Source: Gemmatimonadota bacterium (GTDB lineage Bacteria > Gemmatimonadota > Gemmatimonadetes > Palauibacterales > Palauibacteraceae). From it: a stretch of DNA of 64,000 bases. Position numbers and translations under genes: made by a program. The notes beneath the pieces were generated by a model. The model worked only from the letters and a program-made list of their open reading frames with translations. It was not told the DNA's origin and did no database searches. How positions within the stretch are numbered: position 1 is the first letter of the stretch; every line of letters begins with the position of its first letter. The stretch lies in NCBI GenBank assembly GCA_963666735.1, contig OY762926.1:960001-1024000 (forward strand), read 5' to 3'. Below are positions 54,546 through 64,000 of the stretch, in pieces.

Positions 54546-56672
54546 GTGAACCCGCCGGTCGCCGCGTCCACCGGGCGGGTGTGGGCCGCGGGCATCCTGG
54601 GGCTCCTCGCTCCCCTCCTTCCGGCCGCGGCCGCGGCCCAGAGCCCGTATTCCGTCGAGGACATCCTCTCCGCGCCCTTCGCCACGGACCTCATCGCCGC
54701 ACCGGCCGGCGCCGCTTTCGCCTGGGTCCGATACGACCGGGGCGTCCGCAACCTCTGGGTCGCCGAGGGCCCGGAGTACGTGGGCCGCCAACTCACGAAC
54801 TGGACGGAGGACGACGGCCAGGACCTGTCCCAACTTCGCTTCACGCCCGACGGGCGCCAGGTCATCTTCGTGCGCGGGGGCGGGCCGAACCGATCGGGCG
54901 AGACCCCCAACCCGCGCTCCGACCCGGAACCATCGACAAGGATGGTGTGGGTCGCGGGGTTCGACGGCACTTCTCGACCGCTCGCCGAGGGGAGTTCCCC
55001 GGCGGTCGCGCCGGACGGACGCACGCTCGCCTTCCTCAACCGCGGCCAGATCTTCACGCTTACGCTCGATGGCTCGGCGGCGCCCGGTCCCCTGCTCCGC
55101 ATCCGCGGGAGCGCGAGTTCGCCGGCATGGTCCCCCGACGGCGGCCGACTCGCCTTCGTCAGCAACCGGGGGGATCACGCGTTCGTCGGCGTCTACTCGC
55201 TGGACGACCGGTCGGTCCGCTATCTCGATCCGAGCCTGGATCGCGACGGCAGCCCCATCTGGTCACCGGACGGGACCGCGATCGCGTTCATCCGCGTCCC
55301 GAACGAGGGGGCGCGCCTGCCCTTCTCCCCGCTCCGCAGCGCCCTGCCCTGGTCGATTCGGATGGCGAACCCCGCCACCGGGGAGGCGCGCGAGGTCTGG
55401 CGGGCTTCGCCCGGGCGCGGGAGCGCATTCCAGGCCATGACCGGGCCGTCCCTGATCTGGCTCGCGTCGGACCGGCTCGTGTTCCCGTGGGAACGCGAGG
55501 GCTGGCACCACCTGTACTCGGTCCCCGCCGCCGGCGGTCCCGCCACGCACCTCACGCCGGGCGAGTTCGAGGTCGAATCCGTACTCCCGTCGCCCGACGG
55601 AGAGTCCGTGTACTACGCCTCGAATGCGGGCGACATCGATCGCCGACACCTGTGGCGGGTGAGCACCGAGGGTCCGCCGGAAGCGCTGACGTCGGGGAAC
55701 GGCATCGAGTGGAACCCCGCGGTCACCCCCGGCGGCGTGCTCGCGTTCCTCGCCTCCGATGGTCGGACGCCGGCCCACGCCGAAGTGCAGAACGGCGAAG
55801 AGAGGCGACCGTTCGTCGACGGATTCATGCCCGACGCCTTCCCCTTCGAAAGCCTCGTGGAACCGCAGCAGGTGACGTTCGAATCGGAGGACGGACTCCT
55901 GATCCACGGGCAACTCTTCCTGCCGCCGATGTCGGTGGAGGGTGGACGCCACCCGGCCGCGGTCTTCTTCCACGGCGGGTCGCGGCGGCAGATGCTGCTC
56001 GGCTGGCACTACATGCGCTACTACCACAACGCGTACGCGCTGAACCAGTACCTGGCGAGCCGCGGCTACGTCGTCCTCTCGGTGAACTACCGCAGCGGGA
56101 CAGGCTACGGACTGGAGTTCAGGGAGGCGCTGAACTACGGTGCTCGCGGCGCGAGCGAGTACCGCGATGTCGTCGCGGCGGCGCGCTTCCTCACCGACCG
56201 GGATGATGTGGACGCGACGCGGGTCGGGCTCTGGGGCGGCTCCTACGGCGGCTACCTCACGGCGCTCGGCCTTGCGCGGAATTCCGATCTCTTCGCGGCG
56301 GGCGTCGACATTCACGGCGTCCACGACTGGAACGTGGTCATTCGAAACTTCGTGCCGTCCTACCAGCCGGAGACGCGCGAGGCCTTCGCCCGGCTCGCGT
56401 TCGAGTCCTCGCCCATGGCGTGGATCGACGGCTGGCGTTCCCCGGTGCTGCTGATCCACGGCGACGACGACCGCAACGTGCCGTTCTCGGAGTCCGTCGA
56501 CCTCATCGAGTCGCTGCGGAAGCGGGGCGTCGAGGTCGAGCAACTCGTCTTCCCCGACGAGGTCCACGGCTTCCTCCTGCACCGCAACTGGATCACCGCC
56601 TTCGAGCGGTCCGCCGAATTCATGGACGCACACCTGCGAGCAACGCCGGCCGCGGGAGGCGCCAGACCGTGA
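54546..56672 (+). CDS. S9 family peptidase (DPP IV-like), secreted
   Basis: Signal peptide, WSPDG repeats, HGGS, GGSYGG, HGDDDRNV, EVHG. Confidence 0.92.
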   Translation: MNPPVAASTGRVWAAGILGLLAPLLPAAAAAQSPYSVEDILSAPFATDLIAAPAGAAFAWVRYDRGVRNLWVAEGPEYVGRQLTNWTEDDGQDLSQLRFTPDGRQVIFVRGGGPNRSGETPNPRSDPEPSTRMVWVAGFDGTSRPLAEGSSPAVAPDGRTLAFLNRGQIFTLTLDGSAAPGPLLRIRGSASSPAWSPDGGRLAFVSNRGDHAFVGVYSLDDRSVRYLDPSLDRDGSPIWSPDGTAIAFIRVPNEGARLPFSPLRSALPWSIRMANPATGEAREVWRASPGRGSAFQAMTGPSLIWLASDRLVFPWEREGWHHLYSVPAAGGPATHLTPGEFEVESVLPSPDGESVYYASNAGDIDRRHLWRVSTEGPPEALTSGNGIEWNPAVTPGGVLAFLASDGRTPAHAEVQNGEERRPFVDGFMPDAFPFESLVEPQQVTFESEDGLLIHGQLFLPPMSVEGGRHPAAVFFHGGSRRQMLLGWHYMRYYHNAYALNQYLASRGYVVLSVNYRSGTGYGLEFREALNYGARGASEYRDVVAAARFLTDRDDVDATRVGLWGGSYGGYLTALGLARNSDLFAAGVDIHGVHDWNVVIRNFVPSYQPETREAFARLAFESSPMAWIDGWRSPVLLIHGDDDRNVPFSESVDLIESLRKRGVEVEQLVFPDEVHGFLLHRNWITAFERSAEFMDAHLRATPAAGGARP

Positions 56673-57448
56673 CGCCGCGCATCGCGGGACAGCTGGCGCT
56701 CGTCACGGGCGCGAGTTCGGGGATCGGCGAGGCCATCGCCCGCCGCCTGGCCGGCGAGGGCGCGAACCTCGTGCTCTGGGCGCGCCGGGCGGAGCGGCTC
56801 ACTCGTCTGGCGGAGGAGATCGCGGCGCAGAGCGGGGTCACCGTGGACACGGGCGTCGTCGATGTCCGCGACCACGACGCGGTCCGGGGGGAGGCGGAGC
56901 GGCTCATCGCCGCGCTCGGCGCCCCCGACATCCTCGTCAACAACGCGGGTCTCGCCGCGGGCATGGCGCTCGTTCACGACGCCGACGTCGACGACTGGGA
57001 CCGGATGATCGACACGAACGTGAAGGGGCTGCTCTATGTGACGCGCGCCTTCCTCCCCGCCATGGTCGAGCGCGATTCGGGTCAGGTCGTCAACATCGGA
57101 AGCATCGCCGGCCGGCAGGTCTACCCCGGCGGGAGCGTCTACGCCGCCTCCAAGTACGCCGTGCAGGCGATCACGGAAGGGACGAATCTCGACGTCCTCG
57201 GCACCGGCGTCCGCGTGTCCGGCGTCCACCCGGGTCTCGTCGAGACGGAATTCGCGCTCGTGCGCTTCAAGGGCGACGAGCGCCGCGCGCGAGCCGTCTA
57301 CAAGGGGATGGAGCCGCTCACCGGGGCGGATGTGGCCGAGGTCGTGTCCTACGTCCTCAACGCCCCGCCCCACATCAATGTGGCCGACGTCGTCCTGTTC
57401 GCGAAGGCCCAGGGAAGCGTACACCACATCCACCGCGACGGGCGCTGA
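56669..57448 (+). CDS. SDR oxidoreductase (YdfG-like)
   Basis: TGASSGIG, NNAG, YAASK, PGLVETEF. Confidence 0.92.
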   Translation: MTPRIAGQLALVTGASSGIGEAIARRLAGEGANLVLWARRAERLTRLAEEIAAQSGVTVDTGVVDVRDHDAVRGEAERLIAALGAPDILVNNAGLAAGMALVHDADVDDWDRMIDTNVKGLLYVTRAFLPAMVERDSGQVVNIGSIAGRQVYPGGSVYAASKYAVQAITEGTNLDVLGTGVRVSGVHPGLVETEFALVRFKGDERRARAVYKGMEPLTGADVAEVVSYVLNAPPHINVADVVLFAKAQGSVHHIHRDGR

Positions 57449-57463
57449 GGCCCTGCGCCAGCC

Positions 57464-57508
57464 TTGCACCGTTTCGATATATCGGATACTATTTCGATAT
57501 ATCGAGAC
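57464..57508 (+). promoter_or_regulatory. Sigma70-type promoter with two palindromic operators upstream of padR
   Basis: TTGCAC (57464-57469), 17 bp, TACTAT (57487-57492); CGATATATCG at 57475-57484 and 57495-57504. Confidence 0.8.
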
Positions 57509-57530
57509 CGGTCGGATGTGGGAGGGATGG

Positions 57531-58109
57531 ATGTTCACGAGCAAGGATGGATTCGGCGCCTGGGCGAACTGCTGCGGCCCGGGCGTTTTTCGTTTCGGAG
57601 GGACATTCGGGGGCACCCGCCGCGTGGTTCGGAAGGGGGAGCTGAAGTTCGTCCTCCTCCGCCTCCTCTCGGACGAACCCATGCATGGCTACGAGCTGAT
57701 GCGGCGGCTGGAGGAGGAGTCCGGCGGCCTCTACACGCCGAGTCCGGGTTCCGTCTACCCTACCCTGCAGTTGCTCGAGGACCAGGGGTACGTGTCCTCG
57801 ACGCAGGACGACGGGAAGCGCGTCTACCGGCTGACGTCCGAGGGTCGCGACTTCCTCCGCGAACACCGGTCCCGGACCCGCGACATCTTCGGCCGCTTCG
57901 TCAACATGGGCGAACGCTTCACGGGATCCGCGATGCGCGACGTGACGCGCTCGTTCATCCACCTCGCCCAAGTGAGCTTCGAACGCGCGACCGGCGGACA
58001 GGGTGACCCCGAGACGCTCGCGAGGGTCAAGTCGATCCTGGACCGCGCGGCGCGCGAGATCGAGAGCGCGTGGCCGGAGCCCGGGGCCGCAGCCTCACGG
58101 GAGGGTTGA
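57531..58109 (+). CDS. PadR family transcriptional regulator
   Basis: GELKFVLLRLLSDEPMHGYELM...PSPGSVYPTLQLLEDQG...KRVYRLT; RBS GGAGG. Confidence 0.93.
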   Translation: MFTSKDGFGAWANCCGPGVFRFGGTFGGTRRVVRKGELKFVLLRLLSDEPMHGYELMRRLEEESGGLYTPSPGSVYPTLQLLEDQGYVSSTQDDGKRVYRLTSEGRDFLREHRSRTRDIFGRFVNMGERFTGSAMRDVTRSFIHLAQVSFERATGGQGDPETLARVKSILDRAAREIESAWPEPGAAASREG

Positions 58110-58112
58110 GCG

Positions 58113-58574
58113 ATGTTCGAGATCGTCTTCCTGGGAGGCCTCGCCGCCGTGATCTACCGCAGGCGTGTGCGCTCCGGCGACTGGAGCCGGGGGGATTTCC
58201 ACCGCGTCCTCGTCGGCCTGGGTCGAGCGGTGAGCCGTGCGGTGGCGGCCGTCGTGAAGTCATGGCCCGGTCTTCTGCGACAGTGCGCCGCCGACATGAA
58301 GAGCCTCGCGCGGGACGTGACGGGGGTCGCCCGCATCGGAACCCGGAGACCGCGCGCCATTCGGGTGCGGCACTCCCGGCTCGAAGCGCCCGCGGCGGAT
58401 GTCGCCGGGCCGACCGAAGCCGCGACGGGAGCGGAAAGCCGAATCGTCTCCCGACTCCAGCGTCGCTATGTCGCGGGCAGGATCAGCTTCTCCGAGTACG
58501 TGGAGGGAGTCCGGCGCCTCCGAAACGACGGCGCCGGACTTCAGCGTCTGGGCGGCAAGGCCCCGCCGCGCTAG
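58113..58574 (+). CDS. Hypothetical membrane-anchored protein with SHOCT-like C-terminus
   Basis: N-terminal hydrophobic stretch; LQRRYVAGRISFSEY resembles SHOCT; 3 bp after padR. Confidence 0.55.
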   Translation: MFEIVFLGGLAAVIYRRRVRSGDWSRGDFHRVLVGLGRAVSRAVAAVVKSWPGLLRQCAADMKSLARDVTGVARIGTRRPRAIRVRHSRLEAPAADVAGPTEAATGAESRIVSRLQRRYVAGRISFSEYVEGVRRLRNDGAGLQRLGGKAPPR

Positions 58575-60268
58575 CCCTTGCGGTGCCTCTCCCACGGACT
58601 GCGCGTGAAGTAGGACTCCGTCATCTCCCTGATCCGAGGCGCGAGGAAGATCAGCGCGATCAGGTTCGGAATGATGACGATGGCCAGGAAGATGTCCCCG
58701 AGCGACCACACCACGGCGAGCGGAAGCACCGCGCCGACGAAGTGCATCGCGACGAACACGAGCTTGTACGGGATGATCGCGTTCGGCCCGAACAGGTAGT
58801 TCGCGCAGCGGTCGCCGTAGTAGCTCCATGAGATCGCCGTCGAGATCGCGAACAGGAAGACGGAGAAGATCACGATGTAGTGGCCCCAGTCGCCGAGCGG
58901 CGCCAGACCGCGCTGGAAGCCCATCTGCGTCAGGGGCGCGCCCGTCTCGTAGGCCTGTCCGTAGAGGACGGCCAATTCCCGCCCGTCGTCGGCGATCGCG
59001 ACGGTCCGCGCCGGATCGACGGCCCCGCTGAACGGCTGCGTCTGCGCCTCATCCTCGAACAGTTGCGGCACGGAGACCTCGTGCCACGCGAGGTGCGGCT
59101 CGCTCGTCACGCCCGGCCGTCCGAGCGTGTAGCGGATCGTCCCCGCGGGCTCCGTGGGCACCGAGCTTCCGCCCTCGTCGAGCACCACGTAGCTGATGTC
59201 CCCGCCCTCGAGTTGGATCGCGGTCGGGATCTGCGAGTTCCAGGCGCCGGTCATGATGATGACGAGCGCGGTCATCGTGACGATGACGATCGTGTCGATG
59301 AACGGCTCGAGCAGCGCGACCACGCCCTCTGAGACCGGTTCGTCGGTCTTGGCGGCCGCGTGCGCGATCGGCGCGGAGCCCTGCCCCGCCTCGTTCGAGA
59401 AGAGCCCGCGCCGCACCCCCCACATGAGGGTGACGAGGAAGGCGCCGACGCCGGTGCCCGCCACGCCGGCGGTCGGGTTGAAGGCTTCGCGGAAGATGAG
59501 CGCGAAGGTCTCCGGCACCTGACCGAGGTTGAGGATGATGATGATCATGGCGGCGGTCACGTAGACGATCGCCATGAACGGGGCGAGGATGCTGGTGACG
59601 CGGCCGATGCGCTTGATCCCGCCCAGAATCACGAGCGCCACGATCGTCGAAGTGACGAGGCCGGTGACCCACGTCGCGATCCCGAACTCGGCCCGCATCG
59701 CGTCCGCCACCGTGTTGGCCTGGTTGGCGTTCCCCGTCATGAACGCCGTGAGACCCAGCATCACCGCGAAGAACGCCGCCACCGGCTTCCAGCGCGGGCC
59801 CAGCCCCTTCTCGATGTAGTACATCGGCCCGCCCGACACCGTCCCGCTGTACTTCGCCGACGACTCGTCGACCTCGCGGTATTTCTGCGCCAGCGTGACC
59901 TCGCTGTACTTCGTCGCCATGCCGAGGAAGGCGGTCATCCACATCCAGAACAGCGCCCCCGGCCCGCCGAGGTGGATGGCGATCGCCGCGCCGGCGATGT
60001 TTCCGATGCCCACCGTGGCGCTGAGCGCGGTGGTGAGCGCCTGGAAGTGCGACACGTCGCCCGGATCGTTCGGGTCGTCGTATCGGCCCGTGGCCACCGC
60101 GACCCCGTGCGCGAACTTGCGGATCTGCGGCAGGCCCAGCCTGAGGGTGAGGTAGGTCCCGATGCCGAGGAGAAGCAGGACCTGAAGCGTCAGGCGCTCT
60201 CCTCCGATCGTGATCCCGAACTGCGCGACGTTGCGGTCGAGCCAGTCTACGATTGTGGCGAAGTCCAT
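58571..60268 (-). CDS. Alanine/glycine:cation symporter (AGCS/AlsT family)
   Basis: SHFQAL, VGIGNIAG, GGPGALFWMW, GGPMYY, RRGLFSNEAGQGS, EPFIDT, WSYYG. Confidence 0.93.
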   Translation of the reverse strand: MDFATIVDWLDRNVAQFGITIGGERLTLQVLLLLGIGTYLTLRLGLPQIRKFAHGVAVATGRYDDPNDPGDVSHFQALTTALSATVGIGNIAGAAIAIHLGGPGALFWMWMTAFLGMATKYSEVTLAQKYREVDESSAKYSGTVSGGPMYYIEKGLGPRWKPVAAFFAVMLGLTAFMTGNANQANTVADAMRAEFGIATWVTGLVTSTIVALVILGGIKRIGRVTSILAPFMAIVYVTAAMIIIILNLGQVPETFALIFREAFNPTAGVAGTGVGAFLVTLMWGVRRGLFSNEAGQGSAPIAHAAAKTDEPVSEGVVALLEPFIDTIVIVTMTALVIIMTGAWNSQIPTAIQLEGGDISYVVLDEGGSSVPTEPAGTIRYTLGRPGVTSEPHLAWHEVSVPQLFEDEAQTQPFSGAVDPARTVAIADDGRELAVLYGQAYETGAPLTQMGFQRGLAPLGDWGHYIVIFSVFLFAISTAISWSYYGDRCANYLFGPNAIIPYKLVFVAMHFVGAVLPLAVVWSLGDIFLAIVIIPNLIALIFLAPRIREMTESYFTRSPWERHRKG

Positions 60269-60522
60269 GCGCTGTCCCCGTTAGCGGCGAGTGTGAGGAG
60301 GTGGCTGAGTTTGGCCCCGTGCCGCTGAGGCTGCAACGGGTGGGGTTTGCGGAGGGAAGGACCGGGGTCGCCGAAGAGAGGATGTTCGGAGCCGGCGACG
60401 GGGTGTGTGGCGCGCGTCACGGTGCGGTAACTTCGTTCGCGCTCCGGACGCCCCGGAGCCCCGCCGCGCCCAACCCCGGCCGTGACGAGAACCCCCGGGA
60501 AAACAAGGAGACAAAGAGGGAC

Positions 60523-62697
60523 GTGGGTCCGAAGAACAAGATTCCCGGGCGCCTCCGGCGGCTGTGGGCACTCGCCAACGACCTGTCGTGGACCTGGAAC
60601 CGGGAGGCCCCGGCCCTCTTCCGGGCCATCGATCCGCCGCTATGGCGCCGCACGCGGCACAACCCCGTGGCGCTGCTGCGAACCGTCGGCGACGAGCGCC
60701 TTCACGGCCTGGCCGAAGATCCCGGCTTCCTCGGGAGATACGACGCGGCGCTGGAGGTCTGGCGTGACGCGGGGGCCGGCGGCGACAGCCGGGCCGGCGC
60801 CACCCCGACCTGGTTCGGCAAACGCTACCCCGCGCTCCGCAACACCCCGGTGGCGTACTTCTGCGCGGAATTCGCCCTGCACGAATCCATCCCCATCTAC
60901 TCCGGGGGACTCGGCGTGCTCGCGGGGGACCATCTCAAGGCGGCCTCGGAACTCGGGATCCCCCTCGTCGGTGTCGGACTGATGTACGCGCACGGCTACT
61001 TCGACCAGACGCTGGGACCGGACGGCTGGCAGGAAGATGCGGACGACCCGCTCGATCCCGACCTGACGCCGCTGGAGCGGTTGCACGGCATGGATGGCGT
61101 CCCCTGGCTCGCCTCGATCCGCGGCGGAGGGCACCGCATTCGGATCGGGGCCTGGAGGCTGCGCGTCGGGCGCGTCTCGCTGTATCTCCTCGACACGGAT
61201 CTCGATGAGAACGACCCCGCGGACCGGGGCCTCTCCCACCAACTCTACGCGGGCGGCGCGGATCACCGGCTGCGACAGGAAGCGATCCTCGGCGTCGGAG
61301 GCGTGCGCGTGCTCGACGCGCTCGGGGTCGAACCCGGGGCATGGCATGCGAACGAGGGCCACGCGGCGTTCATGATGGTCGAGCGCGTCCGCCGATCGAT
61401 GCGCGACGGCCGGTCGTTCGCCGATGCGGCGTCCCGGGTCCGCGCCTCGACCGTTTTCACCACCCATACGCCCGTCTCCGCGGGTCACGATGTGTTCTCC
61501 CACGCACAGATGCGGGAATGGATCGGCGAGACGTTGTGGGAAGAGATCCCTCACCGCGAGGAGTTGCTCGCACTCGGGCTCCACCCGGACGACGAGATGC
61601 AGGACAGGTTTCACATGACGGCGGCGGCGATCCGCCTGTCGCGGCGAGTCAATGGCGTTTCCGCGCGGCACGGGCGGGTGAGCCGGGAAATCTGGTGCGG
61701 CCTCTGGGAAGGCCGGGCAGCCGGAGAGGTGCCGATCCGGCATGTCACGAACGGGGTCCACCTCGCCACGTGGATGAGCGACGACATCGCCGGCCTCCTG
61801 GACGAATGGCTGCCGGCCGGGTGGCGGCGCGTCCCTGGCGACGAAACCACGTGGCGCGCGGTCCGCGACGTTCCCGTGGAGGCGCTGTGGCGCGTGCGAC
61901 GCCGGCTGAAGCTCCGGCTGCTCGATCTGATGCGCGACGAGGCCCGGCGCCGGTGGCCGGACCATTGGCCGGAATCGGCCCACCTCGCCGGCGCCGGCAC
62001 GCTCATGAGCCCGGGGCCGCTCACGATCGGGTTCGCGCGGCGGTTCGCCACCTACAAGCGGGCGGATCTCATCTTCCGCGACCCCGACCGTCTCCAGGCG
62101 CTGCTTTCGGACCCCGCCCGCCCCGTGCAGCTGATTTTCGCCGGGAAGGCGCACCCGCGGGACGGCGACGGCAAGCGCGTCCTCCAACGCGTGTACGAGC
62201 GCGCGCGCGATCCCGGGTTCGAGGGGAGGATCGCCCTCATCGAGAACTACGGACTCCATACGGCACATGGTCTCGTCGAGGGCGTCGACCTGTGGCTCAA
62301 CCTTCCCCGGATCCCGCTGGAAGCGAGCGGGACGAGCGGGATGAAGGCGGCGCTCAACGGCGTCCCCCAACTCGCGACCGCGGACGGCTGGTGGGAGGAG
62401 GGTTTCGAGGGAGACAACGGGTGGATCATCCCCCCCGCGCCGGCCGGGGCGAGCGAGGAGGTGGTGGACGAGCACGACGCCGAACACCTGTTCCGGCTCC
62501 TGGAGGAAGAGGTCATCCCCCTCTACTACGATCGGACCGGCGCGGATGGCGCGGATGGCGTCCCGTCGGGCTGGCTCGCACATGCGCGGCGCGCGGTCGA
62601 GGTGGCCGGCGCGCGATTCACGGCCGGTCGCATGGTGCGGGACTACGCGCGGGACTACTACGTGCCGGCGCTGCGAGATTCCCGCGGAGACGACTGA
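60523..62697 (+). CDS. glgP: Alpha-glucan (glycogen/maltodextrin) phosphorylase
   Basis: YFCAEF, YSGGLGVLAGDHLK, NEGHA, FARRFATYKRA, AGKAHP, EASGTSGMKA. Confidence 0.95.
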   Translation: MGPKNKIPGRLRRLWALANDLSWTWNREAPALFRAIDPPLWRRTRHNPVALLRTVGDERLHGLAEDPGFLGRYDAALEVWRDAGAGGDSRAGATPTWFGKRYPALRNTPVAYFCAEFALHESIPIYSGGLGVLAGDHLKAASELGIPLVGVGLMYAHGYFDQTLGPDGWQEDADDPLDPDLTPLERLHGMDGVPWLASIRGGGHRIRIGAWRLRVGRVSLYLLDTDLDENDPADRGLSHQLYAGGADHRLRQEAILGVGGVRVLDALGVEPGAWHANEGHAAFMMVERVRRSMRDGRSFADAASRVRASTVFTTHTPVSAGHDVFSHAQMREWIGETLWEEIPHREELLALGLHPDDEMQDRFHMTAAAIRLSRRVNGVSARHGRVSREIWCGLWEGRAAGEVPIRHVTNGVHLATWMSDDIAGLLDEWLPAGWRRVPGDETTWRAVRDVPVEALWRVRRRLKLRLLDLMRDEARRRWPDHWPESAHLAGAGTLMSPGPLTIGFARRFATYKRADLIFRDPDRLQALLSDPARPVQLIFAGKAHPRDGDGKRVLQRVYERARDPGFEGRIALIENYGLHTAHGLVEGVDLWLNLPRIPLEASGTSGMKAALNGVPQLATADGWWEEGFEGDNGWIIPPAPAGASEEVVDEHDAEHLFRLLEEEVIPLYYDRTGADGADGVPSGWLAHARRAVEVAGARFTAGRMVRDYARDYYVPALRDSRGDD

Positions 62698-62724
62698 GCG
62701 CCGCTCCATGGAGCGAACGCAGCC

Positions 62725-63477
62725 CTATGTGGCGGGAAGCAACTCGTCGAGGTAGCGGAGCAGCATGTGGCGCCATGTGGGCCAGTCGTGATGCCACTCC
62801 TCGCCCCAGTCGTCCATCCGGTTCGGTACGCCTTTCCGCCCGAGGAGCGAGGCCGCGCGCCAGGATTCGCCGATGTCCTCCGCCCGCCCGCGCCCGGAGG
62901 CGAGGAGGACGAAGCGTTCCCGCAGACGGTCGAGCGTCTCGCCCGCGAGTTGCGGCAGATGGTGCACGGGCGAGGCGCGGTAGAAGTCTCCGGTCGCGCT
63001 CGCTTCGGTCCCCGTCTCGTGTTTCAGGAAGCGCTGGAGGTCGTACGTGCCGCTCATGCACAACGCGTGTGAGAACGCGTCGGGAAACCGGCACAGCATG
63101 GCCAGCGCGTTGAATGCCCCGATCGACGAGCCCGCGACGATGACCTCGATCCCCGGGTCGTTGCAGTCTTCCCGGATCACGGGCACGAACTCGCGGTAGA
63201 CGAACTCCTGGAACCGGTTGAGGACCGTCATGCGGTGTTCGGGGGTCCCCTCCCGTCCGAGCATGACGCGGCCCGCGACGCTGTCGCACGAATAGACCTT
63301 GATCCGTCCGTCCGTCAGGTAGTCCGCGACCGCGTCGATGACGAGGAAGCGCTCGATCTCCTCCGCATCCCCTCCTGCGGTGGGAAACATGAGGAAGGGA
63401 AGGCCGGCCTCGCCCCAGCGGGCGACGTTGACCTCCTGGCCGAGGCGGTCGGACCGCCAGCTTCGGTTGATCTTCAT
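62725..63477 (-). CDS. Alpha/beta-hydrolase esterase family protein
   Basis: FPTAGGD, GSSIG nucleophile elbow, MSGTYD, HDWPTW. Confidence 0.85.
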   Translation of the reverse strand: MKINRSWRSDRLGQEVNVARWGEAGLPFLMFPTAGGDAEEIERFLVIDAVADYLTDGRIKVYSCDSVAGRVMLGREGTPEHRMTVLNRFQEFVYREFVPVIREDCNDPGIEVIVAGSSIGAFNALAMLCRFPDAFSHALCMSGTYDLQRFLKHETGTEASATGDFYRASPVHHLPQLAGETLDRLRERFVLLASGRGRAEDIGESWRAASLLGRKGVPNRMDDWGEEWHHDWPTWRHMLLRYLDELLPAT

Positions 63478-64000
63478 GAGGCGAGAATCGGCACGGCGCC
63501 GGGAGGTTCCTCGCGGCGGGCCGCCTGTATGCGGTCGAAGAAGAGCGCGGTGAACTCTTCGACTTCGTGATCGGGGTAGAGCGATGCCACCTTCGCGTGC
63601 ACCGCGTCGCGGGCGGCTTCGCTGCCGAAGAACTCGTGCGCCACCTCGTCGAGTTCCGCGAGATGAGTGTCGCAGAACTCCACGAAGCGGGCGGTCTCGA
63701 ACCGGGCCTCCGCGATCGCGGCACACGCCCGAACCTTCTCTCCCACCGACATCCCGGGGCGGCAGGCATCGAAGAACGGCTGCCAGTCGAGGTTGATGCG
63801 CATCTTGCGCCGCGTCGCCGCGCAGAAGAGAGACCAGCGGAGGTTCGCCTTGATGAGCCACGGAAAATGGTAGTGGAGCGACGTGACCTGCGAGTCCGGA
63901 CAGGGGTTGGCGAAGTCGATCGGCACCCACTGCCTGCCGTTGCGCAGCACCTCGCACGAGTTGAAATCCCAACCGAAGAAGGCGTTGATCGTGAGCGTCG
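63474..64000 (-). CDS. ATP-grasp-like protein (3' part; starts beyond the window)
   Basis: FFGWDFNSCE...PIDFANPCPD, like the ATP-grasp C-terminal motif; ATGA overlap with the esterase. Confidence 0.65.
   Translation of the reverse strand, partial: TLTINAFFGWDFNSCEVLRNGRQWVPIDFANPCPDSQVTSLHYHFPWLIKANLRWSLFCAATRRKMRINLDWQPFFDACRPGMSVGEKVRACAAIAEARFETARFVEFCDTHLAELDEVAHEFFGSEAARDAVHAKVASLYPDHEVEEFTALFFDRIQAARREEPPGAVPILAS

Noticed and set aside
60269..60522. Glycine riboswitch expected upstream of the Ala/Gly symporter
   Set aside because: No GGAGA...CCGAAG...CTCTCAGG pattern on the coding (minus) strand.

Overview
High-GC bacterial chromosomal segment. The gene content (many secreted peptidases, a sortilin-like hydrolase, DUF5916) suggests Gemmatimonadota, but this is an inference. 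The left end is a long minus-strand housekeeping run: rpmE, prfA, prmC, a YlbF-like gene, a CDP-alcohol phosphatidyltransferase, ino1, tmk, ctpA, a DUF2064 transferase, asparaginase II and obgE. It is followed by divergent Ku/LigD NHEJ genes, peptidases and oxidoreductases, methionine genes (mtnA, an orphan MTHFR-like gene, and metH plus an HMT-MTHFR fusion under a SAM-II riboswitch), an NSAR/OSBS-GNAT-peptidase operon, padR with a clear promoter/operator, an Ala/Gly symporter and glgP. Accessory elements: a complete IS1380-family element (13-bp TIRs, 5-bp TSD) splitting a small secreted-protein ORF; a CapRel-like fused toxSAS gene; a Phd-VapC TA pair; and a decaying defence-type island at about 39.2-43.6 kb. 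The island holds a DUF5131 three-Cys protein, its TcmP partner (cleanly split by an IS3 element) and an in-frame Mod::Res fusion remnant of a type III-like RM system. The best candidates for something new are the DUF5131-TcmP module, the CapRel homologue, the SAM-II terminator switch and a clamp-motif-like insertion in Tmk. All protein calls come from motif recognition, not database searches.
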